Source: Rebecca billardiae RCC1528
Taxonomy: Eukaryota > Protista > Haptophyta
NCBI GenBank assembly: GCA_965240325.2
Contig: OZ251228.1
Location: 2,666,001 to 2,730,000 of the forward strand
Direction of reading: 5' to 3'
DNA: 64,000 nucleotides
Under the pieces are notes generated by a model that was not told the origin of the DNA, made no database searches, and saw nothing but the letters and a program-made list of their open reading frames with translations. Below are positions 34,029 to 44,768 of this stretch, one piece after another (position 1 is the stretch's first letter; every line of letters begins with the position of its first letter). The translations under genes and the position numbers were made by a program.

Positions 34029-34538
34029 ATGGGGGAGGGCCCCTCGCCGCGGCTGATGAAGCTGCTCGGCGCGTCCGCCGTCGCGGTGGTCGCCGCAGCG
34101 GGCGTGGCATACGTGGTGCACCGCCGTGTGTTGCAACGCAAGAAGCGCCCTCGTGGGATCCTCGTGCGCGACGCAGCCGCGCGGCGCAAGAGCTCCACGC
34201 GCGCCAGGTGGGACGAGGAGACGCTGCAGCAGCACGAGACCGAGCGCGGCGTGCTGTACGGCACGATGAAGATTGACCACCCGGACACGCCGTACCTGTA
34301 CTACAACAAGGAGAAGGAGACTGTGCTCGAGTACGTCAAGGGCCAGCCCCCGAAGGAGGTCGAAGTGCCCGACCTGCAAGCGCGGCTCGGTGTGCTGCAC
34401 CTCGCGCAGGAGACGGGCGAAGACGTCACGCCGCAGGCCGCCGAGGCGCACGAGACCGCCGAGGCCCGGGAACGCCGGCTCGCGTTCGAGAAGAAGCGGC
34501 GCGAGCACTATAAACGCGAGGCGCCGGGCAAGAGGTGA
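34029..34538 (+). CDS. Protein phosphatase 1 inhibitor-2 family protein with an N-terminal hydrophobic anchor
   Basis: RGILV (SILK/GILK-like), ARWDEETL, GTMKIDHPDTPY and FEKKRREHY match the four I-2 motifs in order. Confidence 0.8.
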   Translation: MGEGPSPRLMKLLGASAVAVVAAAGVAYVVHRRVLQRKKRPRGILVRDAAARRKSSTRARWDEETLQQHETERGVLYGTMKIDHPDTPYLYYNKEKETVLEYVKGQPPKEVEVPDLQARLGVLHLAQETGEDVTPQAAEAHETAEARERRLAFEKKRREHYKREAPGKR

Positions 34539-35141
34539 GCCGCGAGTACGCGCATTGCTGAGTGCATGCTCCCGAGGTTCTGAAGGGCGGCGGCCGATCC
34601 TGGACCTGCTGCTGGCTGCTGGCGTGGCTCGGCGACCTGGCACAGGCAGCATGCACCCTGATCGGCTTTGGCGGTGCCGGGCTGGGCTCTCCGCCCGGCT
34701 GTGGCACGCCCTGTTGTGATTGTGGAGCCGATCGAGTCACGCTGGTGATGTGACCTGACTGTGATCCTTGGGCTTGATGAGTCCCTGGTTCCGAGGCACT
34801 TCAGCCGGTAGTTCATACTTCATTTAGTTCGGCCGCATCAATGGCGCATCACTTGGAGTTGGAGGAGTTGGAGGTGAGCGCAATATTAGCGCATGCATCT
34901 TAGTATTGATGATGATCGATATTGATGACAGCATCACTGACCGTGCGGAAATCGGCGGGATCGCGCCGCGCCTCTGATGAGAACCCGCCTCACTGTCGTA
35001 GCAATCGGCCCGCCTGGGGCCCTGGGACCCGCCGCCGAGGCGGCCGCGGCCCGCCGGCCCCGGGCCGATGGCGGCTTTGGGGACAGAGCCGCGTGTGGCA
35101 TCTGGGGCCCGGAAACGCCCTATGAAGCTTATGGAGCGGTC

Positions 35142-35151
35142 TATATATAGA

Positions 35152-35192
<41 letters not shown>
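35142..35192. repeat. Short (TA)n microsatellite
   Basis: TA run with one GAG interruption. Confidence 0.85.
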
Positions 35193-35195
<3 letters not shown>

Positions 35196-35348
35196 TCACT
35201 TAGCTATACAGCGGCGGGCCTCAGGCAATCAGACCCATGCTCAGCGTCGCTTGCGCTCTAGAAACGATGACGCGACAGACGCGGCGGGGCGGCGGGCGAC
35301 CCGGCGGCGCCGCTACCGCGCCCGCGCCTCAAGCCGCCTCATCACTCA

Positions 35349-37505
35349 TCAGGAGTGAGCATCGACCCGGACCCTCCTCGCCTTCACCACAGCCCGGGCT
35401 GCGTCGCCACCTGCGTTGCCACGCAGATGCCGCTCGTCCAGGCCCAGGGCACCATCATTGACCACCCCATCGTCAACCGAACGGATCGTGCCATCTGGCG
35501 CGCGCCAGCGGACGATGCTGACTGCAACCAGCGGCGGGGGCGGGGGCAGCTGCGGCGCAGCGTCCGAAACGGCCGCAGTGCGGCTGCTGCGTTTTCGCCG
35601 TCGCTTCGCGGCGCGCGTGCCCTGGTCGCCGGCGCCATGCTCCAGCCTGCGCTTGGGGACGGCGAGCCGACTGCATACCATGCCGGCCAGCTTGTGCGTA
35701 GCGCAACGGCTGGCGCGCGCGTCGCCCGGCATGCCGAACGAAGGCCACGTGGTGCAGCCCGCGTGATGACACTTGCGGGTTACCACGTCAACCATACCGG
35801 CCAGCTTGTGTGTAGCGCACCGGCTGGCGCGCGCGTCGCCCGGCATGCTGAACGAAGGCTGCTTGGTGCAGCCGGCGTGATCACACTTGCGGCTCTTCAC
35901 GTCGACCATGCCGGCCAGCTTGTGCGTAGCGCACCGGCTGGCGCGCGCGTCGCCCGGCATGCCGAACGAAGGCTCCTTGGTGCAGCCGGCGTGATCACAC
36001 TTGGGGCTCTTCACGTTGACCATGCCAGCCAGCTTGTGCGTAGCGCACCGGCTGGCGCGCGCGTCGCCCGGCATGCCGAACGAAGGCACCTTGGTGCAGC
36101 CGGCGTGATCACACTTGGGCTTCTTCACGTTGACCATGCCAGCCAGCTTGTGCGTGGCGCACCGGCTGGCGCGCGCGTCGCCCGGCATGCCGAAGTAAGG
36201 CCGCGTGGTGCAGCCAGCGTGATCACACTTGGGGTTCACTACGTCGAACATGCCGGCCAGCTTGTGCGTAGCGCACCGGCTGGCGCGCGCGTCGCCCGGC
36301 ATGCCAAACAAGGGCCGCTTGGTGCAGTCCGCGTGATCACACTTGGGGTGCATCACGTCGACCATGCCGGCCAGCTTGTGCGTAGCGCACCGGCTGGCGC
36401 GCGCGTCGCCCGGCATGCCGAATTTAGGCTGTGTGGTGCAGCCCGCGTGATCACACTTGACGTGCATCACGTCGACCATGCCGGCCAGCTTGTGCGTAGC
36501 GCACCGGCTGGCGCGCGCGTCGCCCGGCATGCCGAACGAAGGCCCCTTGGTGCAGCCCGCGTGATCACACTTGGGGCTCCTCACGTCGACCATGCCGGCC
36601 AGCTTGTGCGTGGCACACCGGCTGGCGCGCGCGTCACCCGGCATGCCGAACGAAGGCTGCTTGGTGCAGCCGGTGTGATCACACTTGCGGCTCACCACGT
36701 CGACCATGCCGGCCAGCTTGTGCGTGGCGCACCGGCTGGCGCGCGCGTCGCCCGGCATGCCGAACGCAGGCCGCGTGGTGCAGCCAGCGTGATCACACTT
36801 GGGGTTCACTACGTCGAACATGCCGGCCAGCTTGTGCGTAGCGCACCGGCTGGCGCGCGCGTCGCCCGGCATGCCAAACAAGGGCCGCTTGGTGCAGTCC
36901 GCGTGATCACACTTGGGGTTCCTCACGTCGACCATGCCGGCCAGCTTGTGCGTAGCGCACCGGCTGGCGCGCGCGTCGCCCGGCATGCCAAACAAGGGCC
37001 GCTTGGTGCAGTCCGCGTGATCACACTTGCGGCTCACCACGTCGACCATGCCGGCCAGCTTGTGCGTGGCGCACCGGCTGGCGCGCGCGTCGCCCGGCAT
37101 GCCGAACGCAGGCCGCGTGGTGCAGCCAGCGTGATCACACTTGGGGTGCTGCAAGTCGACCATGCCGGCCAGCTTGTGCGTAGCGCACCGGCTGGCGCGC
37201 GCGTCGCCCGGCATGCCAAACAAGGGCCGCTTGGTGCAGTCCGCGTGATCACACTTGGGGTTCCTCACGTCGACCATGCCATCCAGCTTGTGCGTAGCGC
37301 ACCGGCTGGCGCGCACGTCGCCTGGCATGCCGAAGTAAGGCCGCGTGGTGCAGCCGGTGTGATCACACTTGCGGCTCACCACGTCGACCATGCCGGCCAG
37401 CTTGTGCGCACCGCACCGGATGGCGCGCGCGTCGCCCGGCATGCCGAAGTAAGGCCGCGTGGTGCAGCCGGCGTGATCACACTTGCGGTTCCTCACGTCG
37501 ACCAT
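35349..37505 (-). CDS. EsV-1-7 cysteine-rich repeat protein, array 3 (16 full units)
   Basis: Sixteen uninterrupted 114-bp units and the RLAVPKRRLEHG..AAKRRRKR tail. First ATG at 37505; the ORF track start at 37727 is a non-ATG codon overlapping the divergent gene. Confidence 0.85.
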   Translation of the reverse strand: MVDVRNRKCDHAGCTTRPYFGMPGDARAIRCGAHKLAGMVDVVSRKCDHTGCTTRPYFGMPGDVRASRCATHKLDGMVDVRNPKCDHADCTKRPLFGMPGDARASRCATHKLAGMVDLQHPKCDHAGCTTRPAFGMPGDARASRCATHKLAGMVDVVSRKCDHADCTKRPLFGMPGDARASRCATHKLAGMVDVRNPKCDHADCTKRPLFGMPGDARASRCATHKLAGMFDVVNPKCDHAGCTTRPAFGMPGDARASRCATHKLAGMVDVVSRKCDHTGCTKQPSFGMPGDARASRCATHKLAGMVDVRSPKCDHAGCTKGPSFGMPGDARASRCATHKLAGMVDVMHVKCDHAGCTTQPKFGMPGDARASRCATHKLAGMVDVMHPKCDHADCTKRPLFGMPGDARASRCATHKLAGMFDVVNPKCDHAGCTTRPYFGMPGDARASRCATHKLAGMVNVKKPKCDHAGCTKVPSFGMPGDARASRCATHKLAGMVNVKSPKCDHAGCTKEPSFGMPGDARASRCATHKLAGMVDVKSRKCDHAGCTKQPSFSMPGDARASRCATHKLAGMVDVVTRKCHHAGCTTWPSFGMPGDARASRCATHKLAGMVCSRLAVPKRRLEHGAGDQGTRAAKRRRKRSSRTAAVSDAAPQLPPPPPLVAVSIVRWRAPDGTIRSVDDGVVNDGALGLDERHLRGNAGGDAARAVVKARRVRVDAHS

Positions 37506-37671
37506 GCCGGCCAGCTTGGGGAGGCCGAGATCGAGGGCGTGAAAGGCCCCGCTGCTGATTGGCGGTCCGGAGCCCGGGAAGCACTGAACCGGGTCCGGAC
37601 TCAGTCGTTCGCTCACTCGAGTTGCCGACCAACGGTCTTCGCCTCGACCGACCAAGCGCTCTCGTGTGGAG

Positions 37672-38654
37672 ATGACGACGCTCGACGCTCCATTCGCGTC
37701 GCCGCCCGGCCTCGGAGCACAGAACACCGTGGGGGGGGGGGGTCAAGCGCAAGACGGACGACATCTTTTCATCGGCTCTCACCCTCGGCGACGGCTCAGT
37801 GCTCGACCTGGATCAGCTCCCAGCCAACGATGAGTCCGTCACGCTCGCCATGCTGAGCGCATGCCGCGATCGCATCCGTGCACTGCAGGCAGCCGCCACC
37901 TCGAAAGTGCAGAAGGCGGGCCCCGAGGCTGCAACTCCTGCAGGGCGGGCTGCCGCCGCGAAGAAGCCCGGCGCGTCTGGGCCCGACCACGTGATGATGG
38001 CGGGCAAGCGGCTGGCTGCCTCCTTCAAGACCTATCTCAAGGGCGTGCGCTTTTACAACCACTGGTTCTCCTCCGGGGGAACGACGAAGGAGATCAAGTT
38101 CAACGACGCGCTGACAGAGAGCGAGCTCCGCGCGCTCTTCCTCGACGGCCCGGACGGCGCGCGAGGCATGCTCATCCAGCCCACGCCGGAGAACAATGCA
38201 AAGTCGAACGTGCGCAGCTGTGCACGCTTGCCCGTGCCCACGGCCCTGCTGCGCTGCGCATTGTGGCGGTACCCAGCCAGTCTTGCCCGCCAAAGCGTCC
38301 ACTTCACACCGTACCGTGCGCTCATCGCGCGTCCCATGCGGGCCGTCGGTGCAGGTCTTCATCATCGAGCTCGGGGGCAACGCGCTCGTCAAGATCATCG
38401 GGCTGAAGGACCCGAAGGGCGAGCTGTGGTCCGAGGGCGGCATCCAGCGGGGCAAGGGCCGCAAGCTTGGCAGCTGCCCGCTCAGGGTAGACTCCGCGAC
38501 GGCGAACTGGTCCGGTGGCGTGGGCAAGCTCATGCTTACCGTGCGCACGGAGAACTGTAGTCGTCGTCACTGCCTGATAACTGATGGCCGCGGTGCCCCG
38601 AACCGTCGAGTACAGTGTACTAAGATTGAACATGCACACGTTGTTCAGGCGTGA
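37672..38654 (+). CDS. Hypothetical protein; predicted intron 38210-38354; apparent +1 frameshift in the G12 run at 37731-37742
   Basis: Strong coding pattern over 37750-38209 and from 38355 on, joined by a GTGCGC..GCAG intron. The ATG at 37672 comes into frame if one G is removed. Confidence 0.6.
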
Positions 38655-40538
38655 TTGACGCCATCATCCGACACTGCATGCACAAAGACACCGCCACAAA
38701 AGCACTACGGCTACCGTGGGACCACTCCTGGCTTCTGCGGGCTGGGCGGCTGGCGCGCTCTGTGGATCGAACTCTGAAGTCTGATTACAGATTAGCTAGT
38801 TAGACTACTGCCTGAAGCCTTCTGCTGACGCCCGACGCCTATAACTACAATATCGCCTGCCTGAGCTGTGTGCGTCTCTTATTCTTAGTAAACTACACAC
38901 TACTACGGTCCGCCAATGATGACTCTGACAATATATGCCCATCGGCATCACACATATATCGCGTCGGATCCGGCACTATGAATTACCCACTGGCTTTACG
39001 TCAGATGATGATGCCTCATTGAGTAGCTAGAGTAGTCGTCCGATCATCGCGTCAGCACGATTCATCATCGTCCGCCCGCCCAGCGAGCGATGATTGATTG
39101 ATGCCAGTGTCAATGGGCTCGGACTCAGTCCGGCGACGATCATCATAGCCGACGCCGTCGACCGGCGCAGGCCAGCCAGCGCCAGACCCCTGGAGCCGCC
39201 TGGCCAGACTGCCGCCCGCGTCGTCACTCTCATCTGCCTCGTCCCGGCGCCTGGCAGTTGGTGAATGATGATGCCGTAATCAGGAATGAATAGCAGGATC
39301 ATCCCCGCCGGCGCCTGGGCCCGCTGGCGGCGTGACACACCTCGGTGAAATTAGCCCGCAATGGCGGCCACTAACGAACGTAACCCTGATGTGTGATGGG
39401 CTCCGGCTGAAAAGTGTTAAGTCTTCAGACGGTTGACCACTTGACCCCCGAAGTCCGCCAGTTAAGTCCGCCAGTTATTGGAAGAGCACACGCCTGCATG
39501 CTGACTTTAGCCGTCAGTTTCTGTCGTCCGGACAGACCGGACGTCGTCCGACGACTATACGCGATATATGACCCGGACGGATCGGATCAACCCTCCTGAT
39601 GCTTATAGTACTTGACTGATGACAATAGTACTTGACTGATGACAGCATAATGGCGGGTCACTCAAGTGAGCACTTACTCGGAGTAACCGAGCCTTATTGA
39701 CAGCCGCCACTAGCCGCGCGTCTAGTGCTTATTTCTTAGTTAAAGCAGCAGACGAGCTGACTCGGCGACTGATGATGACTAATATATACTATATATAGCT
39801 ACTGACTAGTGACGTAGTGTCGTCAACGACGTGTCACGTGAGTACCCAGCGCGACGAGTCAGACTCGACCGTGAGTCCGCGTCGGCGTGTGTGATGTGAC
39901 GTGATGCGGCCGACTCATTCCGAGCCGCAGGCGAGCGGGCGCGGATTAGTTCTCCAGCCTCCAGGCTGCCTGACGATGAGACGCAGCCTAGTTATTCTAC
40001 GGTCCCTTGCCGTAATAATAATGCGCCTAGCTACTTATACTACTATTTTATTTTTCAAAATATGATGGTTCCAATGGATACGGCGCGGGCGGGCGCGGGC
40101 GGCCGGGCGGACCGGGCAGCCGCATCAGCCTCAGGCTTCGAGCCGGCCCGAGCGGCAGCAGCATGGAGGGGTCGTCGCCCGAGCCCGACGTGGAGGCGGC
40201 GGCGCGGCGCGAGGCGCGCGTGTCCATCCAAAGACCAGACGGATGCCGGCTTCACGTGGTGGGTAAGATGGCACCGACCCCGCGAGGGTCAGGGAGCCCG
40301 CCTTGCCCTTGGCCCGTGGCCGTTCGGCTTCCGCCGCGAGGAGGTCCTCGTCCCGCTCATCCCGCGTGTGCAACGTGCTCACTCATGGCGGTGGCGGCGC
40401 TGCCGAGGATCGCAGCGGCAGGGCCGCCAGGCCCCGCACGTGGAGTGAGTGGTGTCAGTCAGTGGTGTCGCATGTCGTCATCGCCGTCACGCTGACGCGT
40501 CAGCCCGCCGCGCGGCGGCCGCTCCCACCCGGGGCGCG

Positions 40539-42439
40539 TCAGTAGCCGACGCGACCAGAGGGCTGCCGCTTGGCGCGCAGCTCCTGCAGCTGGTGCACGT
40601 GGCCCGAGCTCGCCGACCATCGGCGCCTGTCCGCCGCAGCGCCGCCGCCGGCCGATGGGCGGCGGCCGACGGCTGTCGAGTTTGCCGCCATCGCCGCCGC
40701 CGCCGCGGCCATCACGTCCTTGGGCACGCCCACGTGCGCGTGGCTCGGCGGCAGCACCGCGTCGGGCACGGCGGAGAAGCTCGCCGCGCGCGCGCCGATC
40801 CCCGTCGAGCGCGCGATCGGCAGGTTGCCGCTCGCCGCTGCCGCGCGCGCCGCGGCCGGGTCGCGCGCGCCCGTGAGCATCGTCTCGACGCGCGCGACCG
40901 CCTCGAGGAAGGTCTGCTGCGCGCGGTGGGTGTTGGGCGTGGCGAAGAACTCGCGGCCGGCGGCGGCGAGCATCTGCACCTGCCGGCGCAGCTCGATGTA
41001 CTCGACGAACGTGATCGGCCGCCGCCCGCCCAGCTGCGCCCACGCCGTCTCCGCCTCCTCCTGCGCGGCGCGCGCTGCGCCCAGCTCGGCGCCGAGCTGC
41101 GCGAGCGCACTCTCAAGCTCGGCCGCGCGCTCGGCGAGGGCGGTGCGCTCGGCGAGCGCGTCGGTGAGCTCGGCGCCGAGCTTGCGCTCGCGGTCGGTGC
41201 CCGACGAGCGCGCCGCCTCCGCCTCGCCGCGCGCGCGCTTCGCCTCCCTCGCCTTCTCCGCCACCTCCGCCTCGCGCGCGGCCAGCTCGGCCGCCAGCCG
41301 CGCCGCCTCGGCGGTGGCGCCTGACTCACGCCGCTTGGCGTCGGCGGCGAGGCGGCCGCGGTCGGCGCGGAGGCGCTTGAGCTCGGCGCGCGCGTCGTCG
41401 AGGTCCGAGCGCACGCGCTGCGACTCGGCGCGCGCCGCCGCCGCCTCCTCGCGCGCCGCCGCCGCGCGCCCCTCCGCGCGCTGCGCGGCCGCGTCCGCGG
41501 CCTCACTCAGACCTGAGCCCGCCTCGAGCGCGCGCACCGCGCCCGCGGCCGTGGCGCGCGCGTCGCGGGAGGCCTCGCCGAGGGCGCGCTCGGCGTCGGC
41601 GCGCACGGCGGCGTGCTGCGCGCGCAGCGCGGCGAGCCCGCGCGCGAGCCCCTCCGCCGCCGCGCGCATCCCCTGCACCCGCAACCGCTCCCGCCGCAGC
41701 TCGAGCTGGCTCGCGCGCGCGCGCTCGCGCCACTCATCGCGCTCGCGCTCGCACGCGCTGAGCAGGCCCGCGGCGTCGCCCTTCGCGCGGCGCTCGTCGG
41801 CGAGCTGTGCGATCAGCCGGTTCGTCTCGCGCTGCACCGCGCGCTTCGCCTCCTCCACCTCGCCCTCCAGCTCGCTGTGCGCCGCGCGCGCGGTCGGACG
41901 GCGCGGCGCGAGGGGCATGGCGTGAGGCAGGCGGCGACGGGCGCGGCGCGCGTGCTCGGGGCGCGTGGGAGCACGCACGTTGTGCGCTCGCGCAGGTTGC
42001 GCGCCTCCTGCATCGCCACGTCCGCCTCCTGCGCGCGCGTGCGCGCAGCGGCCAGCTCGGTCTCCAGCCTGTCCGTGTGCGTGGCCGCTGCGCGCTGCGC
42101 GTCGGCGTGCGCGTCCCGCGCGGCGGCGAGCTTCTCGCGGAGCTGCGCGACCTCGCTCATCAGCCGGTCGCGCTCGAGCTTGTAGTCCACCGGCGGCGCG
42201 CCGCCCCCCAGCTTGCCCGAGAGCGTGTCCTCCGACTTGAGCAGCATGAGCGGCAGGAAGTCCGTCGCCAGGTACGCCTTCTCCAGCCGCGTGGGCACGC
42301 CGAAGACGTAGGCGGGGGGGACGGGGAAGTGCTCGCGCACGTACGCGAGCGTCGTGCTCTGAGAGATGCGGATGCCATGCTCCTCCTGCCCCTCGAGGGC
42401 GAGGTGGAGCTCGCCCTTCTCGCCGCGCGTCACCGGCAT
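40539..42439 (-). CDS. Long coiled-coil protein with a small N-terminal globular domain; predicted intron 41875-41978
   Basis: ORFs 41813-42439 and 40539-42557 join in frame across AC|GTGCGT...CACAG|C. Heptad-rich A/E/R/L sequence. Confidence 0.75.
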
Positions 42440-43050
42440 GAGGCGGGCGCTCCTGATGATACTGAGATAGCCGAGCCGTTACATCGTGAGTCGTGACTCG
42501 CTTCGCCGCGCCGCGCGCCTGCCCAGGACCAATTCTATGATTTAAAGACACAGGCACGAGGGCGCAGCTCTCCTGATTCGTCTGTCGAAGTACTGAATGG
42601 AGTTAATGGAGGATGTCGCTGGACCGTCGTCGTCGTCTTTACTTTCTTTTCTTTTTCCCGCAGGCCGCAGCCCGCAGCGAGGAAAACCGCCCAAGGCGGC
42701 TCCCCCCCCGCCCGGGCGGCCCGGGCCGGCGGCGCCCGCGACTCTGCGAGAAACACTCGAAGCGCCGGGCGCGCGAGGGGCAGGCAGCAGCAGGCTGTGG
42801 TACCGCCGTAGAAGCCGGCCGCTCTACCCGCCGTTTTGGACGCAACCCGGACGAATCATGTTGTAACACTGCTTCTAATGCACACGTACTGTGTTGCGGC
42901 TAGCCCTGTTCCCACGGATGCGGTGCTCCGAGCCTGACATGCATTCGATTGTGCGACCCGGAGCCTGACGTTCATGCCGCCGGTCGTCATCGCGGACTCC
43001 CGCGGGCGCAGCAATCAGCGGGCTTCCGTGACGATCGGGATCGGAGGAGC

Positions 43051-43530
43051 TCAGGCCACGGCACCAGCGCCGGCGATGCTCAGGTGCTCGGCGAAAGTAG
43101 AGATGGCCGCGACGCCGAAGAAGACGCCCCCCAGCAGGTAGGTCGGTAGCGCCGGCGGCCACCGCGCGTCCTGCCATTGCTGCTCGCGCGCATGCACCCA
43201 CGCCCGACTCCTGGCGGGATCGGCCAAGAAGGAGTCGACCGCCTCCTCGGCGTAGGGGAGGTCGCGCCCAAGCTGAAGGAACTGGTCGATCAGATCCTGG
43301 CGCATGGTCTGCACCTCATCAGTCGCCACCTTCTCCGCCCACTCGTCCAGCTCTGGGCGGACGACATCCACATCGGCAAGAATGGCGGCGGCGGCTGGTG
43401 GTTGCAGGCCGGCTGGTGGCTGATGGTGCAGCGTGAAGCGAGCGCCGAGCGGAACAGGAGTGCGAAAAGCGCGTGCGCCCGAAGCCGAGAGCACGACGAG
43501 CGCGGCGATGTGCCGGCAGCGGAGAGGCAT
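43051..43530 (-). CDS. Small probable plastid-targeted protein with a C-terminal TM helix
   Basis: MPLRCRHIAALVVLSASGARA-FRTP resembles an ASAFAP-type bipartite leader. Acidic helical core and hydrophobic C-terminus. Confidence 0.65.
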   Translation of the reverse strand: MPLRCRHIAALVVLSASGARAFRTPVPLGARFTLHHQPPAGLQPPAAAAILADVDVVRPELDEWAEKVATDEVQTMRQDLIDQFLQLGRDLPYAEEAVDSFLADPARSRAWVHAREQQWQDARWPPALPTYLLGGVFFGVAAISTFAEHLSIAGAGAVA

Positions 43531-44768
43531 CGCGTGCGAACTCGCGTAAGGGGGGACCGCCCGGCCTTCGCGCAGGCACGGGAAAGTTGTTTGCCTCCAC
43601 CGGCCGGCACGCTGGGGTTGAGCGCACAGATGCCAGGATTCGTTGCGCTGGAAGAACGAATCTTTGCTCGAACGCACCCGCGACTGGCCGCGAGCACATC
43701 GGATTGGTTGGCAGGAGGGCCACCTATTCGTCCGCCCGGAAAAGTACCCGGCCAACCACGAGAAGTCATGTTGTCGCTTCGTCCAGCCACTGAGATCTCG
43801 CTTCGTCAGATCGAACAGTCGGCCCGTTGCTTCGAGAGCGGAATATCCCAGATTCCCCTCGTTTTGTGGGCAACGGGCTAGGACTGCGGTGCCTCCGCGG
43901 ACCGCGACTGATTGCCAGGCCGCCCCACATCACAGGCGGCGGGGTGGACGCACCAACCGCACGAGCACGGTGCGCGATGAAGAGTCTACGCGCTGACGCC
44001 GAGCGCAGATCGATGCCGTGACCGCCATGGCTAGGCCGGTCGACACGTCATGCATGCAGCATGCGTTGCATGCGGGGCTGATGCTGAAGTCGGTGACAGC
44101 CGCGCGGGCGGCCTCGCCGCAAGCGTAGCAGCGCAAGGGATTTGCGCGAGGCGTGTGCCAAGCTCATAACGCGCTTAGCTACGCTAAGAAGTGCGTTGTC
44201 GCGGATGCCATCGTGTGCGCGAGTCGGCAGCCACTCAGAGCTCCGTGTCGGGCGAGCTCAGACACGGTAACGACCGCCGACCGGCAGAAACAAGGCGGCG
44301 CGCGCCAGACGTCGCGGACGACGCGACTGCTGAAGGCTGCCCACTGCCCATTTTCGGGTTCTGATGAGCACAACACGCATGTGATAAACGGCTTGGTGAA
44401 CTCCAACTGTGGCAACCGCTTTCTCGGGTCGAGTTGGTGCTGCCATCAACTTGGCGGTGACGCACTGCCGAAGAATTCGAATCCGCCATGGCTCCTCCTC
44501 GAGCCGTCCCGCGAGGCTTTCTACGATACAAGCCACTGTGCCGTGTATTTGTGAGTAGACGGTTTCAGTGTATGTGGGTACTTTCGTATTGCTCATCAAT
44601 CAACATCTCGCCGAGAGATCGACACTCGACATCGGGAAAAGGGCGACCTCGCGGCGCGTCGTGACGATCAAACCAAGTGTGGCAGGCACGTGCTCCGCGC
44701 TCAGCCGTCGAGGTGCACGCGACGCTGGGTTGGCGTCCTGACCGGCCGTGGCTGCGGTCGGCGAGCTG

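Noticed and set aside
35678-37517. Constant/variable periodicity resembling a CRISPR array
   Set aside because: The variable parts are homologous to each other, the period is exactly 38 codons in an open frame, there are no cas genes, and the context is eukaryotic.
35355-37856. Long plus-strand ORFs over the arrays (also 1549-3636, 4528-5472, 61582-62541)
   Set aside because: They are antisense shadows of a stop-free repeat unit; the minus frame carries the recognisable Cys/His motif.
39480-39496. GGAAGAGCACACGCCTG resembles an Illumina adapter
   Set aside because: Only 16 of 17 bases match, the flanking adapter bases are absent, and there is no junction signature; probably chance.
40062-40495. 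Short ORFs at 40.1-40.5 kb and at 43.6-44.6 kb
   Set aside because: No recognisable motif or consistent coding frame; left unannotated.
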